Assembly: GCA_964478815.1 (NCBI GenBank) | Contig: CAYZKY010000001.1 | Coordinates: 35,043-99,042 of the forward strand | Length of the DNA stretch: 64,000 bases | DNA from: an uncultured Verrucomicrobiota bacterium | GTDB lineage: Bacteria > Verrucomicrobiota > Verrucomicrobiia > Limisphaerales > SXQI01 | Direction: 5' to 3' | Shown: one piece after another, positions 26,238-34,019 of the stretch | Layout of the letters: each line of letters starts with the position of its first letter | Position numbering within the stretch: the first letter of the stretch is position 1 | Made by a program: the position numbers and the translations under genes | The notes under the pieces: model-generated | Seen by the model: only the letters and a program-made list of their open reading frames with translations | Told to the model about the DNA's origin: nothing | The model's database searches: none

Positions 26238-29162
26238 TTACGGTCTCGGCTTGGCCCACACCATCGGCGTCTGCCGCGTGATCTTCGCCAGCGAACGTCG
26301 GTTTCCGTCCACTAGCTCGATCTCGATCGTGTTCGCCCGCACGAGCTCCGTCGGGCTTCCCGATTCGGGCTCGACCTTGACATCGAGGAGCTGCAATCCC
26401 CGGCCGGCCGAAACATCCCGCGACGTGGTGGCGAAATAGTTGGCGCTGGCCGGATTGGCGGAATCGTAAACTTTCACCGTCAGCCGGCCCCGGCCGGACT
26501 GGAGGTTATATTTCACGCTCACATACCCGTTGGAAGCGTCGTTCTGCTTGAAGTCCTCCAGTTCGATCGTATCGCCGCTCGCCTGCGCCGCCGCGCCCGC
26601 CGCGCCCGGAGCGCGCCACATCAGCAGCATCGTGGCCGCGAAAAGGTTCAGCTTCTTCGCCGCCGCCTTTTCCGTCAGGTAAACCAACACTTGATCGGTT
26701 GAGAAATTCGCGGCGGTGGGGAGGCCGGTCGGCGGCTGAAATTTCACCGGGAAAAGCATGAAGTTCCGCCGGCTCTTCCCCAGCTCGCCGGGAACATTGG
26801 AAAAATAGCTGGCCACCTGCGGTTCGGATTGTCGCACCACGTCCACGCCCAACATCGGAGCGCTCAGTGAATCGCGATATTCGAACTCCACGCCGATCGT
26901 CATCTGGCTGCGATCGAGGCTGCGATTGACGACATCGACATTGGTGACCTTGCTTTTCAACCCGCGCGCCAGCTCCAGCGAAGGAGCGGGGCCGGAGGGA
27001 ACCGTGGATTTGGGCGGCTCCGCGGCGGGTGTCGAAAGTTTGTTCGCCTCCAGCTCGGCTTTGGCCTGGGCCACCGCCTCCTTGTACGCCTTGTCCACCG
27101 CCTGCTTGCGGGCGGCCGCTTCCGCTTCCGCTTTTTGCTGAGCTAAGCGGGCTTCCTCGGCCAGGCGTTTGGCATCGGCTTCGGCTTTGAGGCGGGCTTC
27201 GTCGCGAGCCTTTTCCTCAGTGGCGCGCTTCGCCTCGGCCAGGCGCTTTTCTTCCGCCAGGCGCTTTGATTCGGCTTCGGCCTTCAGGCGGGCGTTGTCG
27301 AGCGCTTTGGCTTCCGCCAGGGCCTTGGCTTCCGCCACGCGGCGCGCGTTCTCCTCGGCTTCCGCTTTTTTGCGGGCTTCTTCGCGAGCCCGGGCTTCGG
27401 CGAGCGCTTTCTCCTCAGCCTGCCGCTTGGCCTCGGCTTCGGCTTTCAGCCGGGCCTCTTCACGGGCCCGAACCTCCGCCGCGAGGCGGGCCTTTTCCTG
27501 TTCGGCTTGCTGGCGGCGCGCTTCTTCTTCGGCGAGACGCTTGGCTTCGGCGAGGCGTTTCGCTTCCGCTTCCGCCTTGATCCGCGCGGCTTCGCGGGCC
27601 TGCGCTTCGGCCAAGGCCTTTGCCTCGGCCTCCTTGCGGGCTTTTTCTTCGGTCTCGGCCTTTTGGCGGGCTTGCTCGCGCGCGAGGGCTTCGGCGCGTG
27701 CCCTGGCTTCGGCGAGGCGTTTTTCTTCGGCCAGGCGGGCGGCCTCGGCCTCCGCTTTCTTGCGGGCTTCCTCCCGCACGCGCGCTTCGGCGGCCAGCCG
27801 TTCCTTTTCCTTTTCTTCCCGCTCGCGCCGGGCCTTCTCGTCGGCCAGCCGTTTCTCCTCCGCCAGCCGTTTGACCTCGGCTTCGGCTTTCAGACGGGCC
27901 GCTTCGCGCATCTGGGCTTCGGCCAGGGCTTTCGCCTCCGCGTCCCGCCGTGCTTTCTCGGCAGCCTCGGCCTGGCGCCGCGCTTCTTCGCGCGCTTTCG
28001 CCTCGGCGAGAGCCTTGGCTTCCGCCGCTCGCTTTTCCTCCGCCAGCCGGGCCAGTTCCGCTTGCTTGCGCGCCGCCTCGCGGGCCTGCGCCTCGGCGGC
28101 CAGGCGGGCTTTCTCCTGTTCCTCGCGCTGGCGGCGCGCGGTTTCCTCGGCCAGCCGCTTTTCCTCGGCCAGCCGGGCGGTTTCCACTTCGGCTTTGCGC
28201 CGCGCTTCCTCGCGCGCTTTCGCTTCGGCGAGCGCCTTCGCCTCCGCCTCCTTGCGCGCCATCTCTTCCGCTTCGGCCTTGCGCCGCGCTCCCTCGCGGG
28301 CCAGCGCTTCAGCCTTGGCCTTCTCCTCGGCTAATCGTTTCTCCTCGGCCAGCCGCCGCGCTTCCGCCAGCGACCGCAAGCGGTCCTCCTCCAGGGTCTT
28401 CGCTTGAGCAAGCCGTTGTTCCTCCGCGCGCCGTTGTTCCGCCGCCAGGCGTTTGGCTTCCGCCTCCGCCTGCTGGCGCGCTTGCTCGCGCGCCGCCGCT
28501 TCCGCCCGCGCCTTTTCTTCCGCTTGCTGCCGCGCCTTCGCTTCGGCTTCCGCCTGCCGACTCGCTGCTCCGCGAGCTTCGGCTTCCTGGCGCGCCTTCG
28601 CCGCCGCCATTTGCTTCTCGGGCGTCGTCGCCGAACCGCCGCTCGGCCCCACGCCCAAAGGCGCAAGGCCCGGCGCCGTCGGCGGCGGCGCATTCGGGCT
28701 GCCCCACTTGATCGTCTTCAGAAAGGGCACCGCCCCGATCATCGCGGTGCCGGTTTGATTGAGGAAAAGGATCCGGATGCGGTCCGTGGTGAACATGGGC
28801 GGCACCCCCGCCTCGTCGTTGAAATACTTCACCATCAGCGTGACGGTCCCTTTCCCGCGCCCGATCGTCACGAAATCCGACCCGAACCAGGTCGAAATCC
28901 CGGCTTGATCCTTCTTGCCGATCACCGGAACCACCCGGGCCACCGGGCCGCCGAATCCGTCATACGTATAATCGAGGGTCATCCGCACCTCGGTCCCGTC
29001 GGGCGTCTGCCCCAGAATGCGGAGATTGGTGGCGCCGGTCATTTCCTGATCGGTGCCGCGGAAGGGATCGCTCGGGTTGCCTAGCGGCTGGGCCAGCAAC
29101 GGGAACAAGCCGCTCAATTGCAGCACAAGGAGCCAAATCGTCAGACGATGCAGAAGTTTCAT
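26238..29162 (-). CDS. Exported 974-aa protein with a central Ala/Glu/Lys/Arg helix of about 530 aa, flanked by beta-rich modules
   Basis: Start taken at MKLLHRLTIWLLVLQLSGLFPLLAQP (signal-peptide-like), whose ATG overlaps the lacI-family stop (ATGA). The central region is uninterrupted A/E/K/R with EAKALAEA and RLAEEKRLA each recurring five times. Globular ends are about 150 aa (N-terminal) and 265 aa (C-terminal). Confidence 0.75.
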   Translation of the reverse strand: MKLLHRLTIWLLVLQLSGLFPLLAQPLGNPSDPFRGTDQEMTGATNLRILGQTPDGTEVRMTLDYTYDGFGGPVARVVPVIGKKDQAGISTWFGSDFVTIGRGKGTVTLMVKYFNDEAGVPPMFTTDRIRILFLNQTGTAMIGAVPFLKTIKWGSPNAPPPTAPGLAPLGVGPSGGSATTPEKQMAAAKARQEAEARGAASRQAEAEAKARQQAEEKARAEAAAREQARQQAEAEAKRLAAEQRRAEEQRLAQAKTLEEDRLRSLAEARRLAEEKRLAEEKAKAEALAREGARRKAEAEEMARKEAEAKALAEAKAREEARRKAEVETARLAEEKRLAEETARRQREEQEKARLAAEAQAREAARKQAELARLAEEKRAAEAKALAEAKAREEARRQAEAAEKARRDAEAKALAEAQMREAARLKAEAEVKRLAEEKRLADEKARREREEKEKERLAAEARVREEARKKAEAEAARLAEEKRLAEARARAEALAREQARQKAETEEKARKEAEAKALAEAQAREAARIKAEAEAKRLAEAKRLAEEEARRQQAEQEKARLAAEVRAREEARLKAEAEAKRQAEEKALAEARAREEARKKAEAEENARRVAEAKALAEAKALDNARLKAEAESKRLAEEKRLAEAKRATEEKARDEARLKAEADAKRLAEEARLAQQKAEAEAAARKQAVDKAYKEAVAQAKAELEANKLSTPAAEPPKSTVPSGPAPSLELARGLKSKVTNVDVVNRSLDRSQMTIGVEFEYRDSLSAPMLGVDVVRQSEPQVASYFSNVPGELGKSRRNFMLFPVKFQPPTGLPTAANFSTDQVLVYLTEKAAAKKLNLFAATMLLMWRAPGAAGAAAQASGDTIELEDFKQNDASNGYVSVKYNLQSGRGRLTVKVYDSANPASANYFATTSRDVSAGRGLQLLDVKVEPESGSPTELVRANTIEIELVDGNRRSLAKITRQTPMVWAKPRP
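27036..28619 (-). repeat. Coding low-complexity / higher-order repeat region (A/E/K/R helix)
   Basis: GC-rich, GCN/GAR/AAR/CGN-dominated DNA encoding imperfect higher-order repeats, with motif recurrences spaced roughly 30-105 aa apart. It generates long spurious mirror ORFs on the plus strand. Confidence 0.85.
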
Positions 29163-30217
29163 AGTTCCGGCCTCTCCATTTCCACAAGATAGTTCTCGGG
29201 CGCTTCCTGTAAAGCGGCTGGCCCCGTGCTGGCGCGAATCAATAACTCCGCGGGCAGCCGCCGCGATTGGGCCGGCTCCCCTCGCAACAACCGCCACAGC
29301 GTCTGCACGGCCGCCGCGCCCAGCCGGAATTTCGGCTGCCGCACGGTGCTCAGCGGGACGCGAAAGTGCTCGCCCGCCGGCACGTTTCCAAAGCCGATGA
29401 TCGACACCTCGGCCGGAATCTTGAGCCCCTGCTTCATCAGCACATCCGCCGCCCCGAGCGCGGATTGATCGCTCGCCGCCTGCACCGCCGAGGCCCGCGA
29501 TCGTTCATCCAGCATTTGCAATGCCGCTTTTTCGCCCTCCTCCGGGCTGGCTCCGGCATTGAAAACCAGCCGCTCGTCGAACGGCAGCCCCGCGTCTCGC
29601 AACGCGCGCCGGTACCCTTCGAACCGCTCTTGCGCCCACGGCGCCGCCGCCGGACCCGCGAAGAATGCGATCCGCCGATGCCCCAATTCGATCAGGTGTT
29701 GCGTGGCTTGCGCGCTGGCCAGGACATCTTCGGTTTCGACATTGGCGAACGTTTCGCAGAACGGCGCTTTATGCCCGAGAATCACGCACGGAGTCCCCGA
29801 AAGCGCAATCTCTTGATAGACCGGCGCTTGCGGAGCCAGCCGGTAGACGGGCGCGACGATCAGCCCATCCACCCGCCGGGCCAGCAGCCGCCGCAGTTGC
29901 ACATCTTCCCGGCCGGTCTCGTTCAGCGTTTGCGCCAGCACCGCCGCGAAGCCGAGTTCGAACGCCTCCTGCTCGATGGCCTGAACGGCCCGCGCCAATA
30001 TCGGATGCGTCACCGCCGGCACCACCAGGCCGATCAGCTTTGTCGTGCGCGTGCGCAAGCCTTGCGCCGTCAAATCGGGCGAATAGCCCATCTGCTGGGC
30101 CAGTTGGCGAATCCGCGCCTTGGTCCCCTCCGAGACGTCCGGCGCATTGCGCATGACTTTCGACACCGTCATGACGGATACGCCGGCCTGCGCCGCGATA
30201 TCTTTCAAACGCACCAT
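29159..30217 (-). CDS. LacI/GalR-family transcriptional regulator
   Basis: 352 aa. N-terminal HTH MVRLKDIAAQAGVSVMTVSKVMRNAPDVSEGTKARIRQLAQQMGYSPD followed by a periplasmic-binding-protein-like effector domain. Confidence 0.85.
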   Translation of the reverse strand: MVRLKDIAAQAGVSVMTVSKVMRNAPDVSEGTKARIRQLAQQMGYSPDLTAQGLRTRTTKLIGLVVPAVTHPILARAVQAIEQEAFELGFAAVLAQTLNETGREDVQLRRLLARRVDGLIVAPVYRLAPQAPVYQEIALSGTPCVILGHKAPFCETFANVETEDVLASAQATQHLIELGHRRIAFFAGPAAAPWAQERFEGYRRALRDAGLPFDERLVFNAGASPEEGEKAALQMLDERSRASAVQAASDQSALGAADVLMKQGLKIPAEVSIIGFGNVPAGEHFRVPLSTVRQPKFRLGAAAVQTLWRLLRGEPAQSRRLPAELLIRASTGPAALQEAPENYLVEMERPEL

Positions 30218-30221
30218 GGCA

Positions 30222-31106
30222 TCACAAATTCGAGCCGCTCCAGTTCAGCTTCTGCCGCAGCGTCCCGAAGAACGAGCTGCCGGGCAGCCGCGCCAGCCGG
30301 ATCGATTTGCCGCCTCGGCGAATGCGCACGGCATCGCCCGGTGCGATGGGCAATTGCACCTGTCCATCCGCCGTGAGAAACACCTCGAGCTTCTGCGGAG
30401 CCACGGTGACCTCCACCACGGAATCCAGACTGACGATGACCGACCGGTTCGAAAGGGTATGCGGACAGATGGGCGTAATCGTAAAGACGGACGCGGTCGG
30501 GCTCACCACCGCCCCGCCCGCCGCCAGCGAATAGGCCGTCGACCCGGTCGGCGACGACACGATCAATCCATCGCACCGATAACGGGTCAATGCTTCGCCA
30601 TTGACCTTGACGTCCAGCTCGATCAACCGCGACGTGGCCCCGCGGCCGATCACAAAATCGTTGAGCGCCAACTGGGAGATGTGGCGGTTGGCTCCCTCGC
30701 CGGTGACCTCGATCATCGAGCGTTCTTCGATGGAAAACTCGCCCGCGCAAATCTTCGGCAGCTCGCGCGGCAGGTCTGCGACCGGCATCGCCGTCAAAAA
30801 GCCCAGCCCCCCGATATTGACGCCGAGCAGCGGCGTTCGCGCCCCGACGGCCGCCCGCGCCGCGCTCAGCATCGTGCCATCGCCGCCGAACACGAGCAGC
30901 AAGTCGCAATGCTTCGCCACCGCGGAAGTTCCCGCGAATGTCTCCACCTCTAATCCTGCCAGCGCGGCCGCGCCCGCCTCGCACACCACCGTTTTCCCCT
31001 GCCGGCGCAGCAGCGCCACCGCCTGCCGGATCGTCCGGGCGGCGGACACTTTCTCCGGGTTGGCGACAATCCCGATCCGCTCCACCGCTCTAGCCCTGTT
31101 TTTCAA
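30222..31106 (-). CDS. nadK: NAD kinase
   Basis: 294 aa. LLLVFGGDGTMLSAAR (GGDGT motif) and NRSVIVS...G..V.I pattern. Overlaps the tlyA 3' end by 17 nt. Confidence 0.88.
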   Translation of the reverse strand: MKNRARAVERIGIVANPEKVSAARTIRQAVALLRRQGKTVVCEAGAAALAGLEVETFAGTSAVAKHCDLLLVFGGDGTMLSAARAAVGARTPLLGVNIGGLGFLTAMPVADLPRELPKICAGEFSIEERSMIEVTGEGANRHISQLALNDFVIGRGATSRLIELDVKVNGEALTRYRCDGLIVSSPTGSTAYSLAAGGAVVSPTASVFTITPICPHTLSNRSVIVSLDSVVEVTVAPQKLEVFLTADGQVQLPIAPGDAVRIRRGGKSIRLARLPGSSFFGTLRQKLNWSGSNL

Positions 31107-31845
31107 GCAATACGAGAAATTCCTTGTTTCCCGCCGGGCCCAGCAGGGGCGACTCGGTCACTCCCACCCAGCGCACCCCCGCCATTTGGCCGGCAAACTC
31201 CTGCAATTCCGCGATCACGCGCTCGTGGATCACAGGGTCTTTAATGACCCCGCCCCCTTTGTCCACTTCGGCTTTCCCGGCTTCGAATTGAGGCTTGATC
31301 AGTGCGATGAGTTTACCGGGCACAGCCAGCAAAGCAATCGCGGGTGGCAGGACCTTCGTCAGGGAAATGAACGAACAATCGACCACCGCCAGTCCGAAAG
31401 GGACGAAGGGCTGGGCGAAGCTCCCGGGTCCCAACCCCCGGGCGTTCTGCTTTTCCATTACCACCACCCGGGGATCAATCCGCAATTTCCACGCCAGTTG
31501 CCCTTGTCCGACATCCACCGCGAAGACGCGCGCCGCGCCATGCTGCAGCAGGCAATCCGTGAACCCGCCCGTCGATGCCCCCAGGTCCAGCGCCACCAGG
31601 CCCGACGGATCGACCGCGAAGTGCCGCAACGCGTGCTCCAGCTTGTGCCCCCCCCGGCTCACATAACGCTCCGGCTCCTCCAGCGAGAGCTGGTCGGCCT
31701 CCCGGACCGGGTCGCTCGGCTTGCCGGCCCGCCGATCGTTGATCCGCACCTTCCCCGCCAGGATCGCGCGTTGCGCCTTCTCCCGGCTCTCGCTCAACCC
31801 TCGCGCGACCAGCGCCTGGTCGAGCCGCTGTTTACCCCCGCTCAT
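31090..31845 (-). CDS. tlyA: TlyA-family rRNA 2'-O-methyltransferase (hemolysin A-like)
   Basis: S4 domain RLDQALVARGLSESREKAQRAILAGKVRINDR and FtsJ-type SAM motif LDLGASTGGFTDCLLQHGAARVFAVDVG. Start taken at the internal ATG 31845. Confidence 0.85.
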   Translation of the reverse strand: MSGGKQRLDQALVARGLSESREKAQRAILAGKVRINDRRAGKPSDPVREADQLSLEEPERYVSRGGHKLEHALRHFAVDPSGLVALDLGASTGGFTDCLLQHGAARVFAVDVGQGQLAWKLRIDPRVVVMEKQNARGLGPGSFAQPFVPFGLAVVDCSFISLTKVLPPAIALLAVPGKLIALIKPQFEAGKAEVDKGGGVIKDPVIHERVIAELQEFAGQMAGVRWVGVTESPLLGPAGNKEFLVLLEKQG

Positions 31846-31858
31846 GGCACACCTTTCC

Positions 31859-32050
31859 TCATCTCGATCCGGACCACGCCGTAAAGCCGATCGACCGCGG
31901 CTGCTTAAACTCATCGCATCCCCGCTCGACCATGCTCAAGATTCTAACGAGGCTTGCGCCAGGTCGTCGAGCAACTCGCGTGCAGGGAACCGGAGCCCTC
32001 CCCAAAAATTTTCGCTCTCGGATGAGCTTGATTTTCCGGTACTTAGCCAT
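31859..32050 (-). CDS. Possible small Cro/CI (XRE)-type HTH protein, 63 aa
   Basis: IKLIRERK...TRVARRPGASLVRILSMVERG loosely fits the XRE helix-turn-helix pattern (..LA...G.S...IS..ErG). It ends 13 nt before tlyA. The start abuts an AT-rich promoter-like region. The call is weak and the ORF could be non-coding. Confidence 0.3.
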   Translation of the reverse strand: MAKYRKIKLIRERKFLGRAPVPCTRVARRPGASLVRILSMVERGCDEFKQPRSIGFTAWSGSR

Positions 32051-32053
32051 AAA

Positions 32054-32132
32054 AGTCTACATATTGTAAATTCTAAAACTTGACTATGCACCCAATCTAT
32101 GCGATACTCTAGGCCAGAACAAAATGTAGACT
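32054..32132. repeat. 9-bp inverted repeat AGTCTACAT ... ATGTAGACT bracketing a promoter-like AT-rich segment
   Basis: Arms at 32054-32062 and 32124-32132 are exact reverse complements, about 70 bp centre to centre, flanking the TTGACT-17-GATACT element. Confidence 0.6.
32080..32108 (+). promoter_or_regulatory. Sigma-70-like promoter TTGACT-N17-GATACT
   Basis: -35 at 32080-32085, 17-nt spacer, -10 at 32103-32108. It lies in the lowest-GC part of the island and points toward the repeat arrays and the esterase gene. Confidence 0.35.
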
Positions 32133-32289
32133 AAATGCCATGAACACGCCGCCCATCCTGGTCCTCTATCCCCCTCCAGATTGGGTGCTCCTGTCCTCCG
32201 TCTCCACAACATGCCAAATCATCCTTCCCCGCGCTCGTTGTTCCGCACTCTCCGCCACCCGCCGGCCACGGCGTTCCGGCGCGCCACCA

Positions 32290-32373
32290 CCCTTGAAACG
32301 CCCTTGAAACGCCCTTGAAACGCCCTTGAAACGACCCTGAAACGCTTGAAACGTTTCAAGCAAACTTGAAACG
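32290..32373 (+). repeat. Tandem 11-bp array (4x CCCTTGAAACG plus 1x ACCCTGAAACG), then the palindrome CTTGAAACGTTTCAAG, then one more CTTGAAACG
   Basis: Read directly. Units start at 32290, 32301, 32312, 32323 and 32334. The palindrome is at 32345-32360. An extra copy is at 32365-32373, and a further CTGAAACG at 32428-32435. Confidence 0.95.
32345..32360. promoter_or_regulatory. Perfect 16-bp palindrome CTTGAAACGTTTCAAG; candidate LacI/GalR-family operator
   Basis: AAAC|GTTT core with a central CG step, as in LacI-family operators such as the PurR box. A LacI-family regulator is encoded in the operon that starts next to this island. Confidence 0.45.
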
Positions 32374-32566
32374 CCACCCTTGATTACCAACGACTTATGC
32401 AAAATGGCCTGCCAAATTTCAAAAAAACTGAAACGCGTGAAATTTCCGCGCCATTTTCACTGAGCCAGCCGGCCCGGAACTCCTCCGTCGGACCGGCCCT
32501 TCGCAACTCGCCTCCAGCCCTGCCGCCAAGCTCAGCCCCTCGATGGGCGATTGCCCATGCACGCTC

Positions 32567-32636
32567 ATACACAAAAATACACACCGCCATACACGAAAAT
32601 ACACGCTGTCGTACACATAAATACACGAAAATACAC
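32567..32636 (+). repeat. Helically phased array of seven (A)TACAC cores with a 22-bp super-period
   Basis: Cores start at 32567, 32577, 32589, 32599, 32611/12, 32621 and 32631 (spacing 10/12/10/12/10/10). Most are preceded by an A-run (AAAATACAC). Confidence 0.9.
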
Positions 32637-32827
32637 ATTCGAAATCGGCCTGTTCCAGTGCGTAAATCATTTATCATTAGATGCTTAGGACGATTCATGA
32701 TGCCGCTGACACCTTCCACGCCATACGCAGACCTCCATCCCGGCCGTTCCCGGTGCGTCTGCCATAGTTTTTCTGACCCGCGCTTGTCGCCAGGCTCCCT
32801 GGCAGGTTACTCTCCCTGCATCGCCCT

Positions 32828-33859
32828 ATGAAAATAGCTTGGTCTCTCGCATGCGCCGTAGGCGTGAATTGCCTCAACGCCTTTGCTCAAACACCGCCCT
32901 CCACGGCCACCAATCAGCCGCCCCGCGCCGGAGCCACCCGTGACCCCCGCATGGATGCCTACTACAAGCTGGGCCCGGACTCGCTTCCGCAAGAGGGAGT
33001 TCCCAAAGGCCAGCTCCACGGCCCCAAAATCATCCCGAGCGAAGCCTACCCCGGCACCCAGCACACCTACTGGGTCTACGTCCCAGCTCAGTATCGAGCA
33101 AACGAACCCACCGCCTTGATCGTCTTCAATGACGGCCAGGCCTTCAAGCACGAGCCCGGCGACGTCCAGGCCCACCACGTCCTCGACAATCTGATTTACC
33201 GTCGCGAGATCCCGGTCATGCTCGGCGTCTTCATCAACCCCGGCCGGCGGCCCGATCAGCCCGAACCCACTCCGCAAAACTGGGGCGATCGCGATACGAA
33301 TCGCCCGGAAGAGTACAATGCCCTGAACGACAAGTATGCCCGTGTCATCGTGGATGAATTGCTCCCGGCCCTGCGCAAGGAGTACAACATCTCCCCCAAC
33401 CCGGAGCATCGGGCCATCGGCGGAGCCAGCTCCGGCGCCATCGCCGCCTTTACCGTCGCCTGGCATCGCCCGGACGAATTCCGCAAGGTGTTCTCCTTCA
33501 TCGGCAGCTACGTCAATCTCGGCAACCGCGGCGGCCACACCTATCCTGATCTCATCCTCCAAAGCGAAAAGAAGCCGTTGCGCGTCTACCTTCAAGACGG
33601 GCGAAACGATAATCGCCGGCCCGCCCGCGGCGGCGATCCCAACAGCGTCGACTGGTTTTACCAGAATGTCCGCATGGCCGATGCCTTGACCAAAAAGGGC
33701 TACGACCTCAATTACACCTGGGGCATGGGCAACCACGGCCAGAAGCACGGCGGAGCCATCTTCCCCGAAATCATGCGCTGGCTCTGGCGCGATGCTCAGC
33801 CCGTCTCCACCGACCGCGATAACCAGGTCGAACGCACCTTCCGGCCGCCCATCCCCTGA
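32828..33859 (+). CDS. Secreted esterase (putative esterase / esterase D-like alpha/beta hydrolase)
   Basis: 343 aa, signal peptide, nucleophile elbow [11 protein letters not shown], then [17 protein letters not shown] and a late HGQKHGG. Confidence 0.8.
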   Translation: MKIAWSLACAVGVNCLNAFAQTPPSTATNQPPRAGATRDPRMDAYYKLGPDSLPQEGVPKGQLHGPKIIPSEAYPGTQHTYWVYVPAQYRANEPTALIVFNDGQAFKHEPGDVQAHHVLDNLIYRREIPVMLGVFINPGRRPDQPEPTPQNWGDRDTNRPEEYNALNDKYARVIVDELLPALRKEYNISPNPEHRAIGGASSGAIAAFTVAWHRPDEFRKVFSFIGSYVNLGNRGGHTYPDLILQSEKKPLRVYLQDGRNDNRRPARGGDPNSVDWFYQNVRMADALTKKGYDLNYTWGMGNHGQKHGGAIFPEIMRWLWRDAQPVSTDRDNQVERTFRPPIP

Positions 33860-34019
33860 CCCGCTGCACTATTAATAAAACCGCTCCAGAATGCGTCGCT
33901 CTCGAACCGCGTGCGCACGAATAGACAATCTGACGAAGCTGTCGCGCACTGTGACGAAGTGTCTTTGTTCGAGGCCAACCGGCAACACCAGGGCCGCCGT
34001 CGTCCAAAAACTCCAAGCT

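Noticed and set aside
27169-28407. 412-aa plus-strand ORF (ASASA/RRAFSS repeats) and several other plus- and minus-frame ORFs across 27.2-28.7 kb.
   Set aside because: They are mirror or alternate frames of the A/E/K/R repeat region of the minus-strand gene. Only the minus-strand frame continues into a signal peptide and globular domains.
32290-32373. Possibility that the 11-bp tandem repeats are a CRISPR array.
   Set aside because: The units are contiguous with no spacers, the unit is far too short, and no cas genes are nearby.
32166-32831. ORFs 32166-32402 (-), 32384-32719 (-), 32397-32831 (+) and 32419-32670 (-) inside the low-GC island.
   Set aside because: Their translations are dominated by the repeat units (FQGRFKG..., HTKIHT...) or are Pro/Ser/Arg-rich. 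None has a plausible start context. I treated them as non-coding.
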